Origin: Zancudomyces culisetae HAW-14-8
Taxonomy: Eukaryota; Fungi; Kickxellomycota
Assembly: GCA_052426225.1 (NCBI GenBank)
Contig: JBNJNM010000021.1
Span: forward strand, 2,170,001-2,234,000
Direction: 5' to 3'
Length of the DNA stretch: 64,000 nucleotides
Below are positions 33,801-44,638 of this stretch, in pieces (position 1 is the stretch's first letter; every line of letters starts with the position of its first letter). A program made the position numbers and the translations under genes. The notes beneath the pieces were generated by a model, which worked only from the letters and a program-made list of their open reading frames with translations, made no database searches and was not told the DNA's origin.

Positions 33801-34408
33801 CTCGTACTCAAGTTTTAAATCCTGCTTCCTCTGATAGATCTAAACTACTATATGATATCCATCAAGAACTAAAATTTAACATCTCCCTTGCCCTTGAAGA
33901 CCATGAGAAATACTACAACCGAAAAGTATCATCACAACCTGACTTCAACATTGGTGATCTTGTCTATCTCTCAACTAAAAACATCAGGACTCAAAGACCA
34001 AGCAAGAAGCTTGACTATCGGAAACTTGGCCCATTCAAAGTATTGGAAAAGATTGGACAAAGATCATACAAACTCCAGCTACCACACACAATGAAGATTC
34101 ACCCAGTATTCCACGTCAATCTCCTTGAACCTTGTAAACCAGATCTGATCCCAGACAGACTATCAAAACCGCTTCCACCTGTGATCATTGACGGTCAAGA
34201 AGAATATGAAGTTGAGAAAATCCTAGATAGTAAAATATTTGGTAGAACTGTCAAATACCTGGTACACTGGAAAGGATACCCAAACACTGAACGTACCTGG
34301 CAAACATATTCTGACTTAGCAAATGCAAAATATCTTGTCACTGAATTCCATCGTCACCATCCTGAAAAACCAAAGCCAACACAAATGCTTCACGGAGCTC
34401 AGCCTTAA
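30791..34408 (+). CDS. pol: Element D Pol, copy 2
   Basis: Same translation as copy 1. Confidence 0.95.
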   Translation, partial: GKRHRPVDSKGHLLGNLASPHATVTTPVSDTQSPDKPNTLTIPVTILSKHHHIKTYAMVDSGASSSFIDATFALKNNLPSISRKMTITLADGSKLRSNSASQVTLKINDNHLESIYLQQLDLGSSPIILGLSWLQQHNPDINWTENIVHLPCTLTSCGPNHVNLDISLVGSNQFKEHLKAPDTVYAGAITVNNLESLVAPESCENLCLVSESNPETPVTPVIPEKYKMFESVFSESQSAKLPEHRSYDHTIPLLPDSKIPYGPLYNLSQLELKTLYDYIQENLANGFIQRSESPAGAPVLFVKKKDGSLRLCVDYRALNKITVPNRAALPLISETLDRLGKAKIFTKLDMKSAYHMIRISPGEEWKTAFRTRYGHFEYKVMPFGLMNAPATFQSFVNDLFREYIDQLLVVYIDDLLIYSDDIDKHYDHVCLVLKKLQEHNLTLKLMKCEFDVQSVQFLGFVIGPNGISMDPSKVSSVTEWKTPTCVRDVQVFLGLTNFYRRFILNYSKISLPLTALLKKGVQFQWTPKAEEAFALLKKTMISNPVLAHYNPDQPCIIETDASDFALGAICSQYDNEGQLHPVAYYSRKLLPAEVNYQIYDKELLAIIDAFAHWRHYLEFSVHPTVVMTDHKNLEYFSTTRNLSRRQVRWSEYLSNFNFVIKYRPGKQNTAADALSRKDQPWKGGDSRTDQNKITLLPPEIFLKSMTSTPVEPLSSTLMNNIKSLQPKDTYFGPIYTDLSKKPDSHEKYTLVDNLLHYDGLICIPSDDNIKRTILIECHDSPAAGHFGNAKTYELVSRNFYWPTMRKYIKDYISGCDTCQRNKSSRHKPYGYLAPLPVPDSPWSSVSVDFITQLPPSNNFTAICVFVDRLTKMAHFVPTTNEIDAEGTADLFIQHVFCKHGLPKDIVSDRGVTFNSSFMRTLMKSLNIEQKMSTAFHPQTDGQTERVNSVLEQYLRCYIDYQQTDWSKWLPIAEFAYNNTSHASTKTTPFYANYGFHPRFSVTIPRTQVLNPASSDRSKLLYDIHQELKFNISLALEDHEKYYNRKVSSQPDFNIGDLVYLSTKNIRTQRPSKKLDYRKLGPFKVLEKIGQRSYKLQLPHTMKIHPVFHVNLLEPCKPDLIPDRLSKPLPPVIIDGQEEYEVEKILDSKIFGRTVKYLVHWKGYPNTERTWQTYSDLANAKYLVTEFHRHHPEKPKPTQMLHGAQP

Positions 34409-34420
34409 GAGGGGAGGTCG

Positions 34421-34831
34421 TGTCATGAACTGATTCTAGAATGTTCGAAAACGTTCTAGAATCATTTGATTTTATTCCGCAGTAATGTTTAGAATGTTCC
34501 CCAACATTCTAGAACATTACCGAAAATTCACATTATTTCTTAATTTTTCTTACGTAATAATTTTCACATGTTTAATTTTATTAGCATTCGAGTTTGATTT
34601 TTGTTTGATTACTAATCCAATTTGATTAGTAATCAAACACGTTTTTCTTTAGCTTGCATATTTAGTTATTCCGCAGTTTTCTAGTGATTTTGTTCAAAAA
34701 CCAAGGCTGGAAAAAAGTATAAAAAGGGTACAATTTTCCTGTCTTGGATTCAGTATCTAGTATCTTGTATACATTCATACAATAAACTTTAATAATAATA
34801 AATATAACTCTCCTGACTCCAGATCTTGACA
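34421..34831 (+). repeat. LTR 3 of element D
   Basis: Followed by TSD GATGG. Confidence 0.96.
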
Positions 34832-35553
34832 GATGGAATGTGTACGTTAATGACCACAGTCTCCATCTTAGACCCATCTTCGTATATGCCTCTGACTTTT
34901 CCTATCATCCAGAATGGTGTCGATTTATATTCCTCTATTCTGAGACCAGATTTATCTCTCACGGCTATCAGTAATCCATTTCCTCCTCTTCCCAGTTCAG
35001 ATTTGGACTCAATAGACGTGTATCCTGCCAATTTGCATCTTTAAGTTTTTTTACTTAGTAAAGTTTCTTGTAAAGCTAAGATATCTGGCATTTCCTGAGC
35101 CATCACGTGCTCTAGTACCGCTTTAGATCCTTTAATACCTCGTATGTTGTATGTCCATATATTAATACTATTATTTTTGTTTATTTTATGCTGTATGGGC
35201 TGGTATCTGGTGCCTCTCCTGTTTTTCGGCCTTTCCATACGTCCATTAGCCCTCAGGGCTTTCATTAATTTAGCTAATTTGTCGTTACTAATCTCGAGAT
35301 TAGTGTCCCTTCTGTTCGTTATTTCGTACCTATATCGCTTGTTGTACTGCCTAATCCTTTTTATTCGGAAGGTATCAGGATCGATTCCCACTTGATACCT
35401 TATTGCTTGCTTTACTGAGCTCGCTTTGAGCTCATCAATGTTCCATAACAGGAGTTTTTGTCTCCTGTTATCCCTTTTTTCCTGTTGTCCAGTGTCCTTA
35501 TTGATCATTTCTGCGTGTATTAATGGTAATTTTTGGGGTCCCCAAGTGGTCAT
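34832..35553 (-). pseudogene. LINE ORF2, 5' part: start of AP endonuclease
   Basis: INIWTYNIRGIKG, DILALQET, GRGGNGLLIAV, VINVHIP; reading frame broken near 35041. Confidence 0.85.
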
Positions 35554-35593
35554 TTCTGATACATTTGGTCCCCGCCGAGTCGAGATTTGGTGA

Positions 35594-37237
35594 TTAGTCT
35601 TCCCTAATTTCACCCTCCTCATTGTCGCTAGACTCAGCGCCATGACTCAGTGCATCCTGAAATTCGCCCTGAGTGTGGTCCTGGGTTCGAATCCCCACCT
35701 GGCCACTTTTTTCCCAGCTCATTTCGGATTCTGAATCTTCGTCCATCTGCACACCCTCGCTCGATGGGTCTGAGTCGATCACCTTAGGGTGTCGGGTTTG
35801 GGGTTTTCTAACCCCTGTAAACGTATCAGCGTTTATCGCACCCTCCTCATTTCAAAATTCGAATCTCGAATCTGGCTGAGCTGGTGCAGTGGTCACGTGA
35901 TCTGGTGTAGTATTTTGTGGTGCTACTCGTTTTTCAGTAGGTAAGTTAGGGTATACTATCTTTGTTTTAGAGGTGTAGTATTGTCCCTTTGCCTTTCTCT
36001 TTTCGTACTCCTCTCTGCTAATTTGCTCTACAAAAGATAGTTCTTCTGATATAATAGTTTTATTTGAACCAGTTTGTTTAGTATTATTAAAGCTACCAAC
36101 GCTACTAACACTATTAAAACTACTACTGGTCATCGTAGTAAGCTTCAAGCCTTTTCCTTTGGCCTGTTGTGGGTTTGTCCCTACTGTGTTCGAGGCCGTA
36201 TGTTCACTCTGTGGCATCGTTCTAGCCTCTTGCTGTACGCTCATATCCCTTTGTTGGTTCATTCCAGGATCCAATCTAGGTGTCTGTACTTGTACCGCCT
36301 TCACTGGTCCAAGTTTTGCTTTTACTCTAGCTGTAAACTCCCTCATCGCCTGCTTCTTTGCTTTCCTCTCGTGTCTGGCAATTATTTGCTCCTCCACTTT
36401 CCTTTCAAGCTCGGGACAGTCGTTCTTCCAGTGACCTTGCCCTTTACAGTAGGTACACATTGGGTCGCAGCCCTTCCAGAACATTGCTACTTTGATTCCG
36501 TTTATTTCCAGTGTGTTCGGAATCTTGATCTCATTCTCATTCTCCTCCTTATTTTCCAAGAGTATCTTCATTTTGTATGGGATCATAGACTTGGATCCCC
36601 TTACAAACATTCCTGTAGCGTCAAGTACTTTTCCATACTTGGACAATTCACTCATAATTTCTTTGGCGCAGTCTTTGGCGAATCCTGCCCCTGAGAAGTT
36701 TGGGACATTAATGATCGTTACAGACTCCTTGTACTTGACCGTCTTTAAAAATTCAACTCTTTTCCCGTCGAACATGAGTATCCGTTCGTAAACCTCATTA
36801 GCTACTTCAGGAGACTCAAAGATCCAATACGAAGTACGGTTTGCATTATCGTGATCTATTGTGTTCTCATATATGCCTAGGCGTTGTATGACTGTGTGCA
36901 TACCTAAGTTGTAATTTTTTTCAAATTGCGACCATTGTATTCCAATAGTCGAATCTGAGCCCCTCATTGTCAGTCTTCTGACTTGTTTTTCTTCCTTTCC
37001 AGTACTGTAGTGGAAGATTGATTTTTCCACATACTGTTTCGGGTCATTAAACATAGGAACATTTTGTGGCTGCTTGCGCCTTGCTCCAAATGAGAATGTG
37101 GCTGTTTGATTCGAGTTGTCCATCCCGATTCCATCTCCTTGTTTTGTTACCGCATCACGGAAACTTGTGCGTTGACGTTTTTTGGCTCCTTCAGTACCGG
37201 ATTTACCGTCATTGTCGTTTTCTACCCCCTCCATCAT
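35594..37237 (-). CDS. LINE ORF1 (nucleic-acid-binding, zinc knuckle), with an in-frame TGA at 35852-35854
   Basis: CTYCKGQGHWKNDC; the 35594-35782 ORF is in the same frame just past the stop. Confidence 0.8.
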
Positions 37238-38128
37238 CGTTGGTTTTGCTGGTTAAAAAACTGTGTTCTTATCTTTAAAAAAGCTGCAATTTGATTGGTT
37301 GATTCAAGAAAAATGTTTTTTTTCAAAGTTAAGAGATAAATATAAGTGATAGAAAATAAAGAAATATTGAAACAGAAAGATATAATTAATATATTGTAAT
37401 TAGAATAATAGTTTATTAGTTTAGCTATAACGAAAGAAAATAATAGTGCCACGGCTAGCTAAATTTATAATACCTTAAATCTTAAAATCTCAACCAAAAC
37501 GTGTCAAGTCTTAAGCGCAAACTGAGGACTGCGTGGGTACAACTATCCAAAGATGAAGGCGGTTATTCATCTGATAGTGACCATTCTGAAGCCACCAATG
37601 TGGATATGGATTCAGAAGACTCACTTGACCTACTTAAAGAACTTACTGATCAAGTCTTTTTGGAAATTAGAAACCCGACCACAGGCGAGTATCAGACCGT
37701 ACTTGCTCGAAAAGGCACTACATGTTACAATGTTGCAAATTTGCTAATAAATTGTTGGGGTTTGTTTGTAATGGCAATATCCTTCTTGTGAGGTAAATTT
37801 CCTTTATTTAAATACTTTAAAAGTCAAATAAACGCTTGGATTTCCCTCCTCCCTCCCCTTTTTTTTATTCTTTTATTCTTTTATTCTTTTATTCTTTTTT
37901 TTTTTTTTTTTTGTGTTTCTGTACTATGTAGACATCTTATTGTTCTAAGTGATTTCTAAAGTGAAAAATGATAGATAATAAAAGTAACAAAATAATAATT
38001 TTAGACTTCCATATGGCATCTTACTACATTAAAGGAAAAATATACTACTAGTAGCCCTTTTATTTTTTGCAATTCTTATTTATTCTCCTTATTCATTATT
38101 TCTGCACTAATATGAACTCATAAAGCAC

Positions 38129-39136
38129 CTAAAAATTGACTTTGAGCTTGCTAAAGTCTATCTTAGACAACTCACTAACCAATTTATTAAGCTTGTTCAC
38201 AGTTCTTGTAAATTTTCCGCCAAAGGTTGTATTTTCTATAACAATTGTGTCATTAGAAAAAAGTTTTCCAGTCAGTTCCAATGCTTGTTGAATTCCAAAC
38301 TTATACATTGATTTGTTTAAGTTGTCACAGTATATACCTGTCTTTATGTTAAACATGTTGGCCCCTACATAGTATGGTGATTTACAATGTGTGCTAAACT
38401 CATTATCACTCATACTGACAAATTTAACGACCTGTGGATTATTTCTGTTAATAAACTCTTTACGTTCTACATTCATCTCCTCAGTAATACCTTCTACGTA
38501 TGTTTCATTTGAGTCTCGTTTTCCAAAGTTCCCACGCTGTTGCCAATCCAAATGGGGCGGGAAGCATTTTCTCACTTGACCTTCTTGCACTTCATTTAGT
38601 TCATTTCTGATCCAATCCTCACACAACGTTTCCAGTTCAATTTTAACCTTTCCAGCACCTGAATGTCTCTTCAGCTGACCTGTTAGGTAAAAACATGTAT
38701 CCCTTCTACCATTAAACCCAGAACCCCATATATCATATGCCTGATTGCATAAGGCACCCCAGTGCCCAACCATACGCCCTTGTCTATATCTACTATCACC
38801 ATAACTGTACTTGATTCCACTATAACACTGTACAGTGTCGCTGTGCAATGCATTTAATTCAACCCACCATGGAATCTGGCCATTTGTTGTACCCATTGAG
38901 TAGGTTGTAATTGAATATGGATCTAACCATGGATGTCCCCAACTACGCGTGCTCCCAATATTTACGTTTCCTTGATTCCAAAGCTCTACAACTGGTGCAA
39001 AACCTCTACAAGAACCACAGTTCCCTGATTCAAATTCGATAAGAAACTTCTGGTTTTCCCAAGACTTTGGGGGTAAAAACCCAAATGCTGTAAGCATTGT
39101 ACCTACAATAGATACACCATCTATCCACGTAACCAT
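38129..39136 (-). CDS. Uncharacterised Cys/Trp/Gly-rich fungal protein, possibly secreted or processed
   Basis: 335-aa intronless ORF, hydrophobic N-terminus, KR dibasic sites, C-terminal C-x-S-x3-G-x8-G-x2-CD-x3-K pattern. Confidence 0.7.
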   Translation of the reverse strand: MVTWIDGVSIVGTMLTAFGFLPPKSWENQKFLIEFESGNCGSCRGFAPVVELWNQGNVNIGSTRSWGHPWLDPYSITTYSMGTTNGQIPWWVELNALHSDTVQCYSGIKYSYGDSRYRQGRMVGHWGALCNQAYDIWGSGFNGRRDTCFYLTGQLKRHSGAGKVKIELETLCEDWIRNELNEVQEGQVRKCFPPHLDWQQRGNFGKRDSNETYVEGITEEMNVERKEFINRNNPQVVKFVSMSDNEFSTHCKSPYYVGANMFNIKTGIYCDNLNKSMYKFGIQQALELTGKLFSNDTIVIENTTFGGKFTRTVNKLNKLVSELSKIDFSKLKVNF

Positions 39137-42100
39137 GTTTACTTCAAGCTAATTTTAAAAACTAAAGACTTTGCTGTTTTAATATGTAGATAATTTATAA
39201 TCTAAAGGATTCTAGGTTCGTTAAAGACCTTTTTATACTTTTTTCTTCCTAATGTTATTTTTGTATAATATTTCATTTTGACTCCTAATTTATTTCAATA
39301 ATACAAATGCTAAACTAACTAAAAAGAAAAATATATTGAACTAAAACAGCAAGAGGGCAAAAAATTTAATCTAACATAATCTTAGAGGCCATCATACTAG
39401 AGCTACATAAAAATATTGAGACATAAACTTCAATAATTATTGTTCCCATTGTATTACCATACAAATGAAAAATTTACTACGTTGGGACCATAGATATCTT
39501 TAGCTATTTTTTATTATGTGTTTGTTGTTAATACCACTAACTTTTAGTCTACTCATAATTTGATCTTACCATTGTCATACTGATCTATTTAAAATGTATC
39601 AAGCGAAAAAAACTTTATGATTTTTTACTTTGTCATCAGGAAATTAAACCTTAGACTTTTAGATGTGTAGTAGCCCCATTATTCTCAAAATAATTAGAAT
39701 TAGCGCAAATTTGACAAAATACAGATAATACTAAAGTTGATTATAAGAAAAAAAAAAGAAAAAACATATCTGAATCATGTTCATTTTTAGAAGGAAAATT
39801 TTGCACAGGATAAAGCATATCCAACATAGCAATTAACATGATGCTTCAACTTATGCGTTTACAAATCAAGATAAACAAAAGCGAGAAAACATTGATCTCT
39901 AAATGGACATGGTGGATTCTTTAATAATTAGATTGCTGACAAATTTGCACTAAAATAAATATTGTGACCCATTCTTGTTCTTATCCCCCATTATATCTGT
40001 CAGTGTTTAGACCACTTTTATTTTGTGATTCTAACAAAAGATTTCATTTTTAAAAAAACAATCTAGATTTTGTCGTTAACATTGTGCACAATATTAATCA
40101 TCTATGCTAGATATAATTAGTGATAATTTATAAATGATAAACAAAAATAATGAGAGAGAAGGGCGAGAAGGGCGAGAAGGGCGAGAAGAGTAAAAAGAAC
40201 CTAAATGGGGGGGGGGGAGTTAAAAGTAGATTATGTTGATCAGAGCTATAAACTTTAGCTAAATCAAAAGCTAAAGTTAAATTCAAAAATATTTATGTTA
40301 TAGCCGCTAGTACGATATTATTATAAGTGTTGTTCATTATAAATAGATTATACTCACCATTTCAACAACTCGAGCGTTATACCATGTGCTTGTGATTGTA
40401 GTTTTAAAAATGAGAATTGTGTAATACTCTGGAATAGACTAGTCATGAATAATAATATACGAGTATTCGGTAAATATTGTTCTTATTACTAACAAGAGTA
40501 CTGTTGAATCATCTCGGAAAATTATAGCATGATTGAGTTTATGAATACTAATAATATTATGTTTAGAAAACTCGCTAAATGTGTAGTTGGTATTTTTATT
40601 TTATCTTGAGCTACGCAACCACATTATGAAACAAAGATTTTTACCTTCAATTAAAATGCTTTTGTATTGATAAATAATGAACGTGATACACATTTTGCTA
40701 TTCAGAGTCATAGCATATAGATACGACTCACGCTTCAATCTGTACCCAATGTTCACTAATTATGCCTTTTGAGCACGCATCAGTTCGAGTGTGTGAATCT
40801 AGCATATTTTTCTGCTTTGTAGAATCATTACTAATTTTTACAATTCAACCAAGCTATAAATTACAAAATTCAACGTTTTTTAAATTTGCCAGAAACTGAT
40901 GACCCTGTGCGTAATTTTTGACGTTTATTTGCAAAGCCCATATTTAAAATTGTAATAAATAACCGCGTTAAGAGTGAATGGTGTATCTTTGTTTTATCAC
41001 TGAAAACCATCAACCATTTAAAAAAAATCTTTTATTTTTTCACATCAACTCCCCTTTTATCTAAAGTTCGCCAGCCCTTTAGAAATAGATTTTTCATATA
41101 TCAGAATTATGTAATAATTCGCTGAATTTGTTTCATCACAATAGCAAAATTGATGAAAGATTTTTAGATTTTACTACAGATGTTATTACATAATTTAATG
41201 TTTACAGATTATAAACTGCACACAAATGAAAATGTAGTACAACAAAAACAGTAGTGATACTTTTGGGTAAAAGTAAGAAGCGCTGATTCCATGGTGTGTT
41301 TTTAGTCAGCAACCTAGATGAGAACTTCAATGGTGTACTACCAATAAGATATATATTCATCATGGGTTAACTGAAATCCATCTACTACTATTATGAAATT
41401 GTCAAGGTTAATCTTAATCGGGTAAAATCAATAGATTTCATTTTTTCTTGGATTTTTTCCCCTGTTTCTTCTAAGGAAAAAGGACAATAGTTTGACGAAA
41501 TTATTGTAAACTATCTAAAATTAATATCTAATTATAAAACATAGGCCAAGTAATAGCTGGATTTTCAAATCCAAAATAATAAATATTAATAACAATCTCC
41601 ATTCGCTATCTAATCTTAGATTGTTTGAACTTCACAACACTAATTGGAGTGTTTAGTATTCAGTTTGAATGCTTTCTCCACCAAATAACAAAATTTAAGA
41701 TAAAATGAATGAATTTACTATATCTAGAAGATTTACTCCGTGACTCTAATTGCGCTTAATCACTCTTAATTCTAGTGAACTTTGTACTCGGAAAATTTTT
41801 ATGGGAAAATATGCTTACCTAATCACTAAACACTCATACAATAACATTTGCCCCATAAAAGTGCAAAATGAAACTAGAAATTCAACTTGAAACATGATTT
41901 GGTCAAATTATCAATTGACCAAGATTACCAAATTTTAACTTGACTTTTGTCTGCGATTTTTTATAATTCGCATATTTATTTATTGCAGTGAATTGTACTT
42001 TGTCGATTTATTTAATATCTTAGTCAACCAAAAGCCTTAAAGGGTATATTATTTTTTTATGAGTATATATACTAACTATTATTAAATAAATAAATAAAAT

Positions 42101-42255
42101 ATATTCTTTAACTATTTAAATACTTGAAGAGAAAGTAATATACGATAAAACTGATTTTACAAATTAAAAAAAAACGATATACATTCAAAATACTAAATTT
42201 TTAGATTTAAAATTTATTTTAAAGTATCATATTAGTAGACTAAAATCACGATACT

Positions 42256-42612
42256 ATGCAGGGAATTTGCTTTGATGCGGGTACAATAAGTAGTAACCAT
42301 ACTAATACACTTATCTTAAAATTTGGTAAAGGAGGGGAACAAGTACCACTGCGGATCTCGGATGATAAACTCCATATATGTGGTAGTGGAAAGCAAGTGT
42401 CATGGACCGTGGATAATGATCACATGTGCGTGCTAGCAGATGAGATTGTTGAATACGTTTTAAATAAAGAGGCTGAATGCTCTGTAAAGAATGCAGGAGT
42501 TGTCACAAAATGGCAGTTGAGCGATGGTGTTAATTTATCATATAAAATGTCAAGTATCTATGGCCTGGTTCTGGTTTATTTGCTTTTAATGTTTTTTGGG
42601 TTTACCGTGTAA
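42256..42612 (+). CDS. Hypothetical small protein with C-terminal hydrophobic anchor
   Basis: 118-aa ORF with coding-like GC in an AT-rich context; 4 Cys; terminal TM-like segment. Confidence 0.5.
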   Translation: MQGICFDAGTISSNHTNTLILKFGKGGEQVPLRISDDKLHICGSGKQVSWTVDNDHMCVLADEIVEYVLNKEAECSVKNAGVVTKWQLSDGVNLSYKMSSIYGLVLVYLLLMFFGFTV

Positions 42613-42856
42613 GAAGCTGTGGAGGAGTACCACAGCTTAACATATATCCCCAGTATAATAATTAATAGAATTAATGTATTTATAGTTGTATAAATAACAT
42701 TGTATTGTATTAGTTAATAAATGTCATTATTGCCAACTATTTAAATACTATAAACCACATATCCCAAAAAAATTCCCATTCTACATTTAAAGTTGGCAAG
42801 TATCATTATTAGGGGGGGGGGGGGGGTTGAATACCAAATTGTATGACATCCTGACC

Positions 42857-43000
42857 TTTTTTTGCGAGAATTATTTGATAAATATTACATAAAACTACAA
42901 AGGATAATCCTATATAATACCTACCTACCTAATTCCTTTCGATCTCTGATACGTCTCCATACCCACTAGAGCATTAATTCAAGAAGGTTGGTTCTGCTCT
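42857..43000 (-). mobile_element. Diverged 3'-end fragment of the same LINE group
   Basis: T-run followed by ATAAATAT.ACATAAAACTACAAA...AATCCTATA...CTCCATACCCAC...TTCAAG, collinear with 20724-20860. Confidence 0.6.
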
Positions 43001-43611
43001 GAGCCAATCCAGGAATATTAAATTGGCTTGAAAGATTCTGTTCATTGGAATAGAGTGACCAAGACTATCTGAAACTTTATTAAAATGTAAATAGAGCACC
43101 AATTTGTTTTCCGAACTATACCAGTAGTGGTGGTTGGGGTTTTGTTATTATAATTTCTGAAGACACTCTTAATTGAGGTTGATATGAAACTAGGTTTGTG
43201 AGAAAAAGCACAGCTAGATATTGAATGATAATATTTTATTCAGCCCGAGTTTATCGATTTAGTATTTCCCATTATTATAATTTAACACACAATTCTTAAG
43301 ATCGGTTACCCTGAATAAATCAAAACCATCTTGGTTTAATATTGACAGGTTGCACAACACATTAGCTATAGTATTTATAATTTATTTGCCACTAAAGAAC
43401 AGAATAGTCCTAAAACAAAAATATTCCCCAAGATACAGTAAAAAACGTCAAAACTCAGAGTAAAACGACCTTGGTTTTATTTCTAACTGTCATTAGTTTA
43501 TCCAGCTAAAAAATGGTATGCATCTGTAAATGCAATTAAAGTAGGAACAGTGAATACCCCAACTACAAATATGTACTGTGTTGATACACAACATGGCTAC
43601 TCCATCACTTT

Positions 43612-44008
43612 TTAACATTTACATCCAGATTCACGGTGGCATTTCTCGTCTTTACCCTCCTTGTATTCACAGGTTGCTTGTTCACACTTACATGGTCCTC
43701 CACATGCACAACCTTTACCTTCTCTGCACTGACATATATTTTTTCCTTCACATTTGCATTCATCCTCCTTGCAGAGACACTTTTTACCTACTGAACACCT
43801 ACAGCAGACACTAACCTCTTTATTTTCTGCACAGTTGCACTATTTAGATTCACAACAGCATTTTCCTTCAGAGGTGGCTGAACAACCTTGTCCCTTTCTT
43901 ACAGCAGCATTCACACCTTCCAGTTTCACATGAACACTGGCCTCCGGGCGTATCTCTGCACCTTCCAATATCTTTGTTGTAGCAGGCCTTTTTGTTACAT
44001 GAACTCAT
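43612..44008 (-). pseudogene. Long metallothionein-like gene with one frameshift and one internal TAG
   Basis: About 131 codons with 32 Cys in CxC/CC/CCC motifs, rich in K/E/G; extra base at 43892-43894; TAG at 43840-43842; ends ...SGCKC*. Confidence 0.75.
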
Positions 44009-44638
44009 CTTTGATTTATTTATTCTGGTTTGTATTAATCTAGTAATCAACTTTATTGGGATTATTGTTTTCCCTTTGTATTTAGTATGGAATACTAGGT
44101 GGTTTTATGATTGATATTTTCTTGTCTTTTTTGAGAAAAGTTGTTGACTATTTATACTTTTTTATTCGTGCCAGTTTTCTTTGTACATACTCAAACTTGG
44201 ATCATATTTTTATAAAATGGAAACTTATACACTTGAAAAAGTGCATTACACATCCGAGTTACTTTTGCCTGTAACCAAGTGAGTATATGATTACAAATCA
44301 TTTAGATACACTTCTTGTTTTTCGTTATATTCACTAAAATTGCATTTACAAAACCCAACCTGCTGCCCAATAGCAAAAATGGATCCTAATATTTTAATTG
44401 ATTTGTTTTTAGCTTCTTTGTGATTCTGTCACAAGGTTTACCACTGCCATTTCTCCTCTCTCTATCTCTTATTTTCTAGTTGCGCTGATTCTGCTATTCG
44501 CTACTTTTTAGAAAATATCACCACCAGTTTTTTCTTCATTACATTTTTTTGGTCATCATAACTTTTATGAAATTACAGTTTTTTTTTACAAATATATAAC
44601 CACATTAAACTCTGGCATTAATATCTCATTCAACTATC

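Larger units (their letters stand above)
23821..34831 (+). mobile_element. Ty3/Gypsy chromovirus D as an LTR-internal-LTR-internal-LTR tandem dimer inserted in the LINE endonuclease
   Basis: Three 411-bp LTRs (23821-24231, 29121-29531, 34421-34831), 5300-bp period, single outer TSD GATGG (23816-23820, 34832-34836), PPT AAGAGGGGAGG. Confidence 0.96.
20724..37521 (-). mobile_element. Full-length but decayed APE-type non-LTR retrotransposon (LINE), interrupted by element D
   Basis: ORF1 with CCHC knuckle; AP endonuclease, RT (LLFADD) and C-terminal CPFC zinc finger; poly(A) tail at 20724-20731; TSD CTGAGGAC(A/T)G at 20714-20723 and 37522-37531. Confidence 0.9.
20693..37791 (+). pseudogene. Small host ORF split by the LINE (codons 1-10 at 20693-20723, remainder 37522-37791)
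   Basis: Removing the LINE and one TSD copy gives a continuous frame MYNQLQYLRTAWVQLSKDEGGYSSDSD...FL*. Confidence 0.6.

Noticed and set aside
35640-35705. B-box-like GGTTCGAATCC with an upstream TGACTCAGTG inside the LINE
   Set aside because: Lies antisense within ORF1 coding sequence and no convincing cloverleaf forms; likely chance unless conserved in other copies
37858-37912. (TTTTATTC)n and T-run
   Set aside because: Ordinary simple repeat; no spacers, not CRISPR-like
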